A stretch of DNA of 63,987 nucleotides, the filler included, from Reticulomyxa filosa (lineage: Eukaryota > Protista > Foraminifera): NCBI GenBank assembly GCA_000512085.1. It is 17 parts of 17 records of this genome, joined end to end, with 100 filler letters (N's around TTAATTAATTAA, not from the genome) between each part and the next. Parts side by side here need not be neighbours in the genome. Positions count along the whole stretch, not along the records: positions 38,607 to 42,022 come from ASPP01018363.1; positions 42,123 to 44,894 come from ASPP01012208.1; positions 44,995 to 50,534 come from ASPP01018777.1; positions 50,635 to 52,709 come from ASPP01014920.1; 13 more parts are not named here. One strand, given 5' to 3'. Both the position numbers and the translations under genes were made by a program. This document shows positions 38,640 to 51,099 of the stretch, piece after piece (within the stretch, counting starts at the first letter, position 1; each line of letters starts with the position of its first letter). The notes under the pieces are model-generated. The model worked only from the letters and a program-made list of their open reading frames with translations, was not told the origin of the DNA and ran no database searches.

Positions 38640-41600
38640 GTCATTATCAGTTGAAACCAAATGCACAGCATTCAATATGTACAATCGACATACGATAACT
38701 CGTGGCAACAATAAAGACTTGATTCCGGGACCAAATGGGTTTTTTTCATTTCGACTGCGATCAGAAAGCTTCCATAGGCCTTTGAGTGTCCCAACTTGTC
38801 GACGATTTTGTCCAAACAATTTGGTCCCGCTCGCTTGTCCTGTCCACAGATTAATGCTCTCAAACGGATTCAAATCCAAGTCTTCACAATGTTCTAGTTC
38901 GCTCTTCACTTTGGCTCTCCCTTTCAAATATTCGGGCTCAAAGTCTTCAGGATTGTACGCGACTTTGCTATCAATGTCAAAGCAGCATTCTTCGGCCACG
39001 CTGTCCCACTCTTTCAACAGCTTTTCCGCATTTTTACGCACTTGGTCGTCTTTCTGTTTTTGCGATTTCCCCTTTTTCTTTTTTTTCTTACTGTCTTCTT
39101 TTTGACTGTCATTGTCCTGTTTTTCGTGTTCATTATTGGTCACGGAATTGTCTTTGGAGGTATTGAGGAGTCTTTCCTCTTCCGCCAATTTTTGATCCTG
39201 TTCTTCTTCCGCAGCTTTGAATTCCTGTTCTGGATCCTGGTATTTCTTTTCTTCGGTCTCCGAGGAGATCGTGAGCTCGTTGTCCTCGACGAGTTCAGTT
39301 AACTCCTCGTCTTTCTTTTTGTACTTGTTTCTTCAGCACTGTCATCGGGAATGGCCTCCATTTCATTCATTGCTTGTTGCGTATTCTTCAACATCTCCGC
39401 CATGCTACCGTTTTTCGACAACGCGAGAGACGTGCGTTTTTTAAATTGCTGTGGATGCTCTTGTGCTTCTTTCAATTGAATCTCCTCGACCTCCTCACGA
39501 GTCAACACGTCCAGTTCTTTTCTTTCCAATTGATTCAAATATTTTCGTGTGTCCATATCAAAAGGGAATAGCGAACATCGCGCTTCTGTCATCGCCTTCA
39601 CGCGTCCTAATGCCAATTCACGAACTCGTGTCTCGGCTTGATACACCCGCCATTCCGCTTCTTCCTCTGCTTTTAATTCCGTCTTCAGTTCCTTTTCATC
39701 CAATATTGACTTTGTTTCCTCTTTTGCCACCCAATCAGTGCCTTCTTCATCCTTTGTATTATTATTATAATTTTTTTTTTTTTTTTAATGATACGTACAC
39801 AAAAAAAAAACCAAACTATTTTTTGCATAAATTGCTCAATTTTGAGCGGTGCATTTCCAATGTCATGTTTCAACAAGCCACCAAATTTATTGTCTCGCAG
39901 GAGTAAGTTGACGACAGGTGCCAACTCAAAGTTCTTTGGCAAGTCAAAGGCCATTTTTTTGATGACAAGCCAATTTGCGTCAGTTGGACTTGGGTTGCTG
40001 GAAGGATCGGTCGCCACTTCCGATAAGTCTCCAGTCACCGGGACAGTGGAGACCAACTGCGGCTTGGACACGCCCAGACTCGATTTCAGATCGCGAACGC
40101 CGATGACGAAGAAATTCAAGTCAAACGGAAATGACGCGAAATCAATAGAGAAGATTGGCTTTGCATGACGCAAATCGGGATCAAGCAATTCGATTGCCAT
40201 ATAAACGCCTTTGGCTTCCAAGACGTGGCCCATTTTGTCTTGCAATGGAAACCACTCCGGCTTTTTGGTTTTCTCCATTTTTTGAATGATTTTGAATGGA
40301 ATAAACACCCTCGCCAACAAGTCGTTGCTGCCGACTTGGTCCCAATCGTAGATCGCACAACGAACTCGAGGCGCATACTCGACCGGTTGTGGAATGTCGA
40401 CATTTAATGTCAGCTCTTCCATCCATTGTGGGTGCAATGTCTTTTTTTTTATCGAGGTCTTGCCTTTCATCCCACAAAAGGACACTTCTAGAAATGGGTC
40501 CGACAACCCATTTCCGTCGGCGGCCATTAGGTCTCGGGCACAATAGACGTATACTTTCATTGAGTAATTTTTGCGATAAGGACGGCCCATCACTTCTACG
40601 CCTTTGGCTTTGAATAGTCCGCTTTTGTCATCTTTTTGGAACAACTGTTACATAACATCAAGTTTTTAACTTCAATTTCAATCATTTTTTGTTTTCAACT
40701 TTTTTTTTTTTTTAAAAATAAAAACAAACTCCTGCAAATATGGCCGTTGGTTTTGATTTTCGCTTCAGCTTTTGACGAGGATCGAATTCCCATTGGAAGG
40801 ACAAAGTGACTTTGGCTCCTTGATATTTGTCCGAATCCATAATGTATGTTTTGACAGCACTAAAGCCGTGCATTCCCTCTTGTCCTGCTTCTTGGATTAG
40901 TCCTGAGAGCAAGATGTTGGATTTTCTGCCGATCAACGTATCTTTCAGGCGATTCCAATCCCACAATTCAAGCTATTGGTTATAATGGTCCAATCATTCA
41001 CATACAGATATATATATATACATATGCATGTATTTAATATATTTAAAAGCGTATATAAATTCACGACACAAAGAAACTGTAATATCATCATGAATATTGA
41101 CCCCCTCAAAAACAAACTTTGCGTTCCATTGCGGCTGTAGAGTATTTTTTTGTGTAGGGGTTTGGAACAGGGTGTCGTGGATCAAGACTTTGACGTAAGG
41201 ATCTGCTTTGCCATTGCTGTCCACTGACGGGATATCTGTGGCTTGCACCACGGTAACGGTTAACTTTCCCATGCTCTCCACACCGGTGGTGGACACTAGA
41301 GTTGCGGTAGAATCGGCAAAGTCCGAAAATAAGTCGTCGGGTAACAGTTCGTCCAAAGGATTTGTGTCTGTTCCACTACCAATACTCACAAAAGGGCGCG
41401 CTTTCGCACTCACTGTCCCAACATTCTCGATATCTGTGCCGCAACGAATGCCAAGCAGAACTGTTCCCGGAAACTCATCATCTTTTAGTTGGTGTAACAC
41501 ATCGGATGCGGAAAATTCGTACCAATGTGGAGGTGAGGCAAAGCCAAGTTTTACCAACTTTTTTTTTTTTTAAATCAATGATGATTATACATACAAAAGG

Positions 41601-41990
41601 GAGGGAGAGGAGAGGAGGTCAATTAATTTTTTTTTTTTTTTTAAAAAAAAAAATTAACTTGTGACGTGACATAACTTCATTCCATGTAAATCGCCGATAA
41701 GAAATATATTCAACACTGGACGCAATTGCCTGCAGTCCCTCTTTTTTTTTTGTGAGATAGAAAATGACATCGGGACATTGGTGTGGGTCTTTGGGTAAAC
41801 TCAATGTAATGGTTCCCGAATTATCACGCGGACCACCCAACTTGGGACCTTCCAAATCCATGTTCAGCACTTGACACCACTCTACGATCCCTTTTTCGCA
41901 AGATACAAACTCTGTTTTGTAGCTCGTATTTCGTATTCGCATTTCCAAAGCAAATCTGCCCTCGCCTGCCAATACCTCCACTGCCTCATA
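38640..41990 (-). CDS. Ferlin-family multi-C2 protein, internal fragment
   Basis: Tandem C2 domains: KLTVTVVQATDIPSVDSNGKADPYVKV, MKVYVYCARDLMAADGNGLSDPFLEV...IYDWDQVGSNDLL, FFVIGVRDLK and CRLYILNAVHL. Ferlin-like PDVIFYL...SYRR and VGTLKGLWKL segments. Confidence 0.85.
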
Positions 41991-42122
41991 TACATCGACC
42001 TTTTTTTTTTTTTTTTTTTTTTNNNNNNNNNNNNNNNNNNNNNNNNNNNNNNNNNNNNNNNNNNNNTTAATTAATTAANNNNNNNNNNNNNNNNNNNNNN
42101 NNNNNNNNNNNNNNNNNNNNNN

Positions 42123-42818
42123 GTTGGAAATGTTTTACGTACACACATTTTTTTTTTTTTTTTTTTGTTTTCAAAGAAACGAAATCACGCAACCAAACAA
42201 TAACCCAATAGCATAAATAAACAGGTTGCGAAACTTGGAAGAACATATCCGAGTACACACTGGAGAACGACCGTACGTATGCACGGTGTGTGACAAAGGT
42301 TTCAAGCAACAGCACAGGTATAAAAAAAAAATTATTTCTGTTTTGAAAATTTTTTGTCATTTTTAATGCAAAAAGGAGATATCACTGAAAACGAACAAAA
42401 AAAATTGTTAATATCTGAAACAGTCTGAACGACCATAACAAAGTACATACTGGTGAAAAACCCTTCGAATGTGAAATATGTCACAAAAAAGTTAGAATTT
42501 TTTACTTTTTTTGTACATGTATATTTTTTACATACATTTACAAATTCATTAACCTTTTTTTTTTTGCACAGTTTTCGTTAAAACACAACATGAAAGTACA
42601 TATGAAACTACACTACAGTTAAGTGTGATGAGGTCTATGTTTAGTGCAATATTTGTGAACTTGTATATATGTATAAATGGTGTGTTTGTATGAATGATAA
42701 TTTTTTGATCGGTTCCAAAGCTAAACCACAGTTTAAATGCGATCACTGTGGTAAAGTGTTGCGATCAAAGCATGGTCTTCAAGGACACCAACACCGACTG
42801 CACGGCATACCATTATGA
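42123..42818 (+). CDS. C2H2 zinc-finger protein, 3' part (4 fingers; absent from ORF track)
   Basis: Spliced: [97 protein letters not shown], with TGEKP linkers. Confidence 0.9.
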
Positions 42819-44005
42819 AACTCTGGGAGACTTTCTTTTTTTGTTTGCTTTCTAATTTCCCCAGTCGTTTACGGGTATGGCCGTTTTTTTTTTTGGTTTG
42901 TTTGTTGTCGTTTTTTTTTTCCTCCCCTCTCACCTTTCTTTTTCACTTCAAATGTATTCTATATTCTAACCGTTGAAACAAATTTTGTTTTCTGGGGTTG
43001 TCGGTTCTTGTATTTTTAAACCAAACTTGGACCGAAGTCATAGTTTGAGTGAAATTGATTGCGAGTGTTACGTGCTTGTGTATTTTTTTTATTCTTGAAA
43101 GATTCAAGTTATTTGTATTTTTACCCCAATTTTGGGTACTTTTTGTGAAATGAGACACTCCACAAAAATTTTGATCATCTATATACTGCAAAAAAAATGT
43201 CTTGTACGAAAAATAATTTACATTATAAGGCTCCGCTTTTAACATATACAAAACAATGTAGTTTGTAGATTTTGATCAATTAACACTGATTTATCACAAT
43301 ATCTTTTTGCCTCTGCAATTGTGACAATACATATCCGCTTTTTGCTTGTCTTAATATTATCACAGCGAACAAAATTCGAAGTGTCATACGGGTAGAATTT
43401 TCTAAATAAACTTCGGTGGATTTCTATCTTTTAAAATTTTTCAAGTAGTTCACGAAAACATAAAATGCAAGAATAGTGTTGCTTTCAGAATAAATGAATT
43501 AAAACAATAAAACAGAAAAAAATTTGAAGGAACATCGTAAATATTACAAATAATTATTGTGTTGTTTTCATAGAAACAATATACAGCATGTCATTATGTC
43601 ACTTTTTTGTTAATTACCAAATCAGTACAACTTTCATAAAATCTGTGCATATAATGGCGTGTTGCCTTTTAATAATTTTACTTTGTACGACAGATTACGT
43701 TTCTTTTCAAACAACGATCGTCTAAAAAAGATACATTTACTTTTAAAAGTTTAGTAAATAAAAAGATTTTACACAAAGAAATTTACAAATGTTCCTACAT
43801 GTTCACTTTAGAAGTTTTTTTGGATATGATCGTATTCATGACTGTGTTAATTTCACTATTTATCTTAAAAAAACGTATTTAAGTTTTTAGAATTAATTGT
43901 CTATGAGAATTCTGTCATGTGCCAGAGTAAACAAAAATATGAGCAAAAAAATCATAAACAAAATCTGCACAACGAAGAAAGGGAAAAAGCCTATTGAAAC
44001 AAAAG

Positions 44006-44784
44006 TTAATGAAAAGCGTCAAATATTTGTTCCCAAACCTTTGCACTTGGACAAGAGCCATTAATATGTTTGACAACATGTTGAGAGCGATAGTGAGCAA
44101 GGACAGGTTTTGTTTGTTGATGAAATTCTTCCAATCGTTTATTCAGAGTGGTTTCGTTATCATCCGGCCTTGTTTCCAAAGGTTCCCCAGTGACATCATC
44201 TTTGCCAGAAACGCGAGGAGGATTGAAATGGACATGATAAGTGCGGCCACTACTTTTGTGGACCAAACGTCCCAAAACTCTTTCTTTTAGTTCTTTGTCT
44301 GGAACATCAATTTCCACGACATGCGTGATTGCTCTCTTTTGTTTCTTGAGTGTTTCGTCAAGTGCTCTTGCTTGGGAAGTTGTACGAGGATAGCCATCTT
44401 TGTCACAATTAAAAAAAAAAAAGCAAAAGAAGAGCATAACAGCAAATAATAACAATTTTTTTTTTAAAAAAAAGCGGACCTAAAATGAACCCATTTTTAC
44501 ATCGATCTTGACTGAGCACATCAGATACAACAGCATTGACCACATTGTCATCCACAAGTTTTCCAGCATTCATCAACTCCTTAGCTTTTTTTCCTTGGCT
44601 TGTATCTTGCGCAATTGCCGTCCGCAACATACTCCCCTTTTATTTATTTATTTTTTTCTAAGTTTTTTTTTTTTTTTTTTTGTATGGATACAAAAAAAAA
44701 TGAAAAAACTGTAGATAAATGTGGCACTCCCAACCATTCCTTTAAAGAGGAAGCATGAGTGCCTTTACCCGCTGCTGGTGGACC
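44006..44784 (-). CDS. ADK: Adenylate kinase (long-LID, AK2-like), 5'-truncated
   Basis: GPPAAGKGT, HLST|GSMLR, GKLVDD, GFIL|DGYPRT, GRLVHKSSGRTYH..FNPP...DDVTGEPL..RPDDN. Confidence 0.96.
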
Positions 44785-45099
44785 TATCCAAAAAAAAAAA
44801 AAAAAAAATGATAGTAATAAAATCATCCATTATTTGTTATTATGTTATGTGCAAATATTAATATATTTGTAAAACAAAACAAAAACAAAAAAAANNNNNN
44901 NNNNNNNNNNNNNNNNNNNNNNNNNNNNNNNNNNNNNNTTAATTAATTAANNNNNNNNNNNNNNNNNNNNNNNNNNNNNNNNNNNNNNNNNNNNACGATA
45001 TTTGTCTTTTGAAATAAAATTTAAAAAAAAAAAAAAACTGTCAATGGACGGAGACGAATTTTTGATGACGGTGACAAATCGATACAAAATGAGAGAGAC

Positions 45100-48000
45100 A
45101 GGTGTGGCAACGGCAAAGGATAGCTGACCCTGTGTCGTCGAGACATTCCCAAATGAGTGAATGCAGCAGCAATGCAAGTGCTTCCAGTGAGCTCGTTACG
45201 ATGCAGCTCTTCCATGGCGTGATGTTTCTTACAGATAGTGCTGAGTTCCATGAGCATCTGCGGTACGCCTCGCACGTGAGGAACGATCAAAGACTCGATT
45301 TCCGGGTTTTTGGGCGAGTGTTCTACGCTGTGAGTACGGACGCTAGCTTTGCCGCCTTCTCGATTGATTGCGCAAATGTGCACGGTACCTCGTGCAGAAC
45401 ATATAGCCATCCAACGGCTGTCCATGCTAAATGCAATGTGTCGAATTGTCGCGTACGTCCATCCGCGAAAGATGCGATACAAGTGGCGATACAATGGCGG
45501 GTTGTCGAACCGTTCTTTCCTGTCGATAAAGTTGTCGCCCTTGGTTTGGTCAATGGCCACTGATACATTCGGATGGCCAATTACTTGGAACACGTTAATA
45601 AACTGCCCTTCTCGATCAGCGGTTACCAGCTTAAAAAAAAAAACAAGTAAAACATTTATTGCATTTGAATGGATACATAAATCAAATCAATCAATCAATC
45701 AATCAATCAATAAACAAATATATACATATATGTATGTGCATATATGTATTGCATATATGTATATGCATATATTTCTTATTTTGAAATTATAATCTACAAA
45801 TATAAATTAAAATGACGAACCAAAGTCCCGGAAGGGTCAAATGTCATATATGTCAAAGGACTGTCATGAGCCACGACATTGATAAGGTAATCTCCTTTGA
45901 CGACATCCACAACGCTGACAATGCCTTTACCATGATAGGTGGATTTGTTTGCATTGACAGCGGACACGTGACTATGCTTTCGATTGGACATTTCGAACAG
46001 CTCTTTCTGCTGCTTGACGGTTTGCTCGACGCGGATTTTGGACTTTTTCAGCAAATCGCTGACCGTTTCTTTTCCTTTGGCACTCCATTGATAAAAGCTG
46101 CTGGTCATCGTTTTGGCAAGCCCTCCAAACGTGTTGATGCCGATCTGCGTCAAGCTCGTCATCGATCGGTCGTTGGCCGTGCTGGACAGCACCGACTGTG
46201 ACAACACGGAAGAGGACGACATTGCGCTTTCAGTTATATTCGTCGTGTTGGTATCCTGCAAATCGCCGATTTCATCCCTGTCGCTGTCATGCAATTGTCG
46301 GTCGTTGTCTCGATCTCCGATGTTGCTTCGTCTATCATTTTTATGTTTATTGTCATTGCCGTTGTCATTGTCATTGTCATTGTCATTGTCATTGTCATTG
46401 TCGTTGTCGTTGTCGTTATTATTGCAATTGTCGTTGTCTTTGTTATCGTCATCATCGTCATTACTATTGTGTTCCATACGTGGATGTTTGATGGTGGCAC
46501 CACTCTTGTTGTTGTGTCGCTGCGACGATGACAACGACGACAACGATGACGACGACGACGGCTCGCTAATCTTTTTCTTTTTCTTTTTTTGGACGCGCTT
46601 GTATTGCAAGTGGCTTTGTGACATTTGCAACACGTGTGACTGCGACTGCAAATAAGGAGGGACAAAAGGGGTACGCTCTTCGCGATCTGCAAACGCCAAC
46701 CAGCGATCGCCCAAGCACGCAACTGCGGTATTGCTTGGGTTGGGCGCGCAGTACTTGTTAAAGTAGTTTTCATGTGTGCATGGATTTTTCACCACAATTT
46801 CGCTTTCTAATATCTGAATACATCCCATTTCAAGTCAATTTATATGTAATATGTAATATGTATACGTATATAATATTTTTATTATTATTTAAAAAGAATT
46901 GCAAATCAATTGTTTACACAGCGATATACAGTACAATATGACATAGAAGAGACTACATTGAACACATAACAATGACAAGCGCCTTGGGCGATGACAATAT
47001 GCCATGGACACGTGTTCGATGACGATACACATGGACATATTGCTGTTCCATCAGTGAATACAAGCGAACGCATGTGGAATCATACGCTACCGTGTCTGTG
47101 GCGGGTCTGCAACGACGGTAATGACAACAACAAAGTTGTGTTAAAACTCCCCCTACCCCCCCCCCCCCCCCCCCCCCCCCTCCCTTGTCCCCTCCCTCTT
47201 TGCATCCAAAAGCCACCACCGAAAACAAAACAAAAAAAAGGGAATAAATAAACTCACTTACGAGACAGCAATGATTGGTCCATTGGTTGTATCAATGTCA
47301 GTATTGGTTGAAGACGACACATTTTCGATATTTGGCGATGGGTCACAGAGAATCTTTTTGTTTATTTATTTAAAATAAAAATTAACTTTTTATAATTTAT
47401 AAAAATTCTCAAATAAGATGAAAACTAACCTTAGCACATGAAATAGGACCTTCAATATATTTGCCATGCTTAGGTGCCACTTTCAAGATTTCCAAATGAT
47501 CTCCCAAAGGAATGGCTTTCTTCAAAAATTTCCTACGAGCATTCGTCGGACCATCTGTTCTTGCACACACATACACACATACATACATACATACATAAAG
47601 TGCACCAAATACTCTCAAAAAAAAAAAAAAAATTATTTAAAAACCTTCTCGAGATGTGTTGACACTGGACAAACGACTCGACAGTGGAGGAGTGGCGTGA
47701 AGGTTGGGCGAAGAGTGAGCTGTGCCACGAGGTGTGTGCACCGGAGTCTCGCCTGCAATGGTGGCTGGGTTGACAGGGTTGACCACAGGTGCGCCTGCTG
47801 CCCAATGAGGTAGTGTGCGTGAGTCGTGCAACAAGTACACTTGAAAGCCGCTCATCGTCCCAATAATCAGAAAATAGTGCGTTATGCCATTGCTTGTGTA
47901 CTCATCAAACTTCACAAACGTTGGAGTGTATGCTGCCAAACTACTGCGGGACGCCTTTCCTGTTACTGTATCCACTGCCTTGTGAGACTCAATTTTTTTT

Positions 48001-48352
48001 TGTTTTCGTTTTTGTTTTTATACACATGCGCAATCAAAAAAGGGGTAATCATGGATACATAATGTATATAATATTTATATACACACATATGCATATACAC
48101 ATACATATGTTAGTAAAGGAAGAGACAAAATAAAAAACGAAAAACAAATTTACCATGGATTTTATTGACTGTGTGTATGACTGAATGTCGTTTAGCGATG
48201 GCATGAAGTTTCCCAGCGAGGGAATGCTCGCCCAATTTGGTCCATGGCTATTTTCACTTTCGTCAGTGCCTAACCTATATAATTATACGTATTGAAGTAA
48301 TAGTATTTGCTACGATATAAACGAATACATACTGTGAATTATCTTCGCTCAT
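45100..48352 (-). CDS. BCAS3: BCAS3/ATG18-related WD40 protein, 3'-truncated
   Basis: AHDSPLTYMTFDPSGTL|LVTADREGQFINVFQV...HLYRIFRGWTYATIRHIAFSMDSRWMAICSARGTVHICAINREGGKASVRTH matches the BCAS3 core. Also LGDRWLAFA and LIIGTMSGFQVY. Probable ATG at 48352. Confidence 0.9.
46345..46465 (-). repeat. (GACAAT)n hexamer repeat encoding Asp-Asn
   Basis: NDNDNDNDNDNDNDNDNDNGNDN within ORF 45794-46828. Confidence 0.92.
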
Positions 48353-48794
48353 ATCCTTGGTTTTTTCAATCCTCTCCCCTTGATGTCAAAATTTGAACGC
48401 TTCAAAACAATTTGTCCTTTTTTTCTTTTTCACTCCGTGTCTGATATTTTTTCTTCGGCTACTATGCCACTAATTGGCCAAATATATAAAATAATACTAA
48501 ATGAAATCTACTACAACTATAAACAGAAAAATAAAATTTTAGAATAAAAAACTGAAATCATTTATTTTAAAAATTATTTATTGCAATACAATTGTGAATT
48601 CAATTGTATGAATTTTGCAAAGAGCACCACTTTTGAAGCAACGTTCTAAGAAGCTGCCCCAAAACTAGAGGAATAACCAAACAGACTTGCAAAAGACGAA
48701 AAGAAAAAGGGGGTGCTTTGATCACTAGCAAAGCGCTACTTAAAAAGGAAAAAAAAAAAATCAACATTACATTGAGTGAAAAACGAAGATAATT

Positions 48795-49762
48795 CTAACG
48801 GTGTTCCTCATCAGTAGTTAATGGTGCTTCATCAGGAATAGGAATACGGTGTTGGCCCTCTTCATTAGGGAAAACTTTTTCTTGCGTGCTCACTGTCTCA
48901 TACGCTTGTGTCGCCAATGGTTCTTTTTGTTTGAGGCCTGTTTCCGGTTGGTGTTTTCAAACAAACACCAATTGACAAAAAAAAAAACTAATAAGCAATG
49001 ATAAAAAATGACAACAATACCTTCTTTGAAGTTTATCCCGTCGTCTTTCATGAACTTATACATGAAAAACGCAAAAAAGGGTTTGGGAAGAAAGGTAAAT
49101 ATGGCCATCACGAGAACGAACTTTTGCGTTGATGCGCTATGTTTGTCAATTCATTTTAGTTTGTTTTTTTTTTGTTATCTTGTTTAACCAAACAGCTTTG
49201 ATCCTTACTCCTTGTCATTTTTTGGTGGTTTTTTTAAAAAACAATGCATTTGCTGTGGTGTGTGTAGGACCCACAATTTCCATGTGTCCACGTGTACCCC
49301 GCAATTGTTTTTTTTTTTTTTGGTTGAATGCATAAAAGTATGCACGTTGGACCCCCTGGCAGTTGTCACAACACTAAACTCCTCAAGTCCATTTCCATTG
49401 CTTAAGTCGTGGCCGAAAGTGATAAATGACACTACATCCGTAAAGATCGATAAAACGTAAAAATACCAACACATTAATCGGTTCGAGTCACTAGGGGAGT
49501 ATGCTGCTCTCAACAACGTGAACAATACAAATACGTTGATGATAAACCAAAGGATCCTTTTAAACGTGTGATGTTTATTTTTTGAGGTTGTTCAAAAAAA
49601 AAAAAATTCATTTTGTTGGGTTTCATGTTTTTATGCTACCTTTACTCCTCAAAAGAATGTAACACACCCAAGGTCAAACTGTCTTTGCAGTAAGCCTAAA
49701 GAAAAGAAAATGGAATGGAGGATGAGAGCAGTCTTTGGGGAAAACAGATTTTTCGTGTTCAT
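48795..49762 (-). CDS. AGTRAP-like small multi-pass membrane protein
   Basis: Spliced: MNTKNLFSPKTALILHSIFFSLGLL..ILWFIINVFVLFTLLRAAYS..LSIFTDVVSF..KFVLVMAIFTFLPKPFFAFFMYKFMKDDG..QAYETVS..HR*. Compare AGTRAP TIFLDIV, RFGVGMAILSLLLKP and SAYQTI. Confidence 0.7.
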
Positions 49763-51099
49763 GGCTTCCACTATTAATAAAAATGATTAGAATGATTTTA
49801 AAAGTAACCGCCAATTTCTTTTCACCAAATTTGCAGGGGAAAATACTCGCCTCTTTTTTTGGGGAAACTTGTGGACAAGCGTTTAGTGGGGTTGAATAGA
49901 ATATTTGAATTTTTGACATAACAGTTAAACAAACTGACTATGAATGATGTACAAAAGTTGAATGAGCAGCAGATACTTGATGCCATACTTGGGAAGAAAA
50001 CTTTTGGGAAAAAATTCATTTAATTCATTAACATAAAACAAAATTTACCAAATTACTTTGTCGAACACTCATGGACATAAAAAACAGATATTACTACGAT
50101 TTGATTTACTCTTGTGGATTGACCATCGCTTTCAATCACTTTACATTCACCATTTTTTTGCTAAATATCTTTTTGTTGGGTTTGCCGTTGTTTAATTTTT
50201 GCTTTCTGTCAGGACAATAAGACACATAAAACGTACACAACATTTTTTTTTTTGCAAGGTGTATTTTTTTACTGGGAGAGAGAAGAAAAGTTTTGTAAAC
50301 ATAACTTAAATGATGTTTCATTATCAAACTTTTGAGGATATGTTCGAGTTTTGTGTTTGGAGCGCTACAAGTATAATGATATTTTGTGTGTGTTCCCCCC
50401 TCTTCATAAAGTATTCATCGTGTGTTTGAGAACACAAAGCTTCAAGAACAAACAATTGCGTAAAAGAGAAAGAGAAAGAGAAGTTAGAAGCGAAAGAAAA
50501 GCAACATACATAGTATTGTTGGTGATTGTAAAATNNNNNNNNNNNNNNNNNNNNNNNNNNNNNNNNNNNNNNNNNNNNTTAATTAATTAANNNNNNNNNN
50601 NNNNNNNNNNNNNNNNNNNNNNNNNNNNNNNNNNTGTAAAAAAATGATAACTTTCATTTTTTTGTTTGTTTTTTATAACAATAAAGATAACTTTCTTTAT
50701 TAATTTTTTTACATTATATATTAACTTTACTTATTTTATTTTTTTGTTTTTTATAATAATGATACTTTCATTATTATATTGATATTATATAAAAATAAGT
50801 ATAACTTTACTTATTAATTTTTTTTACACTATATTTAAAAAAAATAGAAAATACATTATACTTTTACCTCAATGACTTTTGAGCGCCAAGACATTGTTTG
50901 TTGTTTTGATAATTAAACGAATCAGTCGATATCCTGGCCATGAACTTCAATCAATTTGTGGTGATTTACATTTGATCAACTATCAAGCTAAACTAGGCCA
51001 CTCATGTATATTATCATTGATTCATCAATTATAATTTTTTTTTTGAAATGTCATAACAAAAATAAATTTGTGTATGTTATAATATGCTTTAAAAACTAA

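Noticed and set aside
46113-46773. Overlapping ORFs with (SL)n, (CH)n, (TM)n and (VI)n repeats
   Set aside because: Alternative frames of the GACAAT hexamer repeat in BCAS3. Not independent genes.
47151-47180. Poly-C/G run read as poly-Gly or poly-Pro
   Set aside because: Lies in an intron-like segment of BCAS3. A simple homopolymer.
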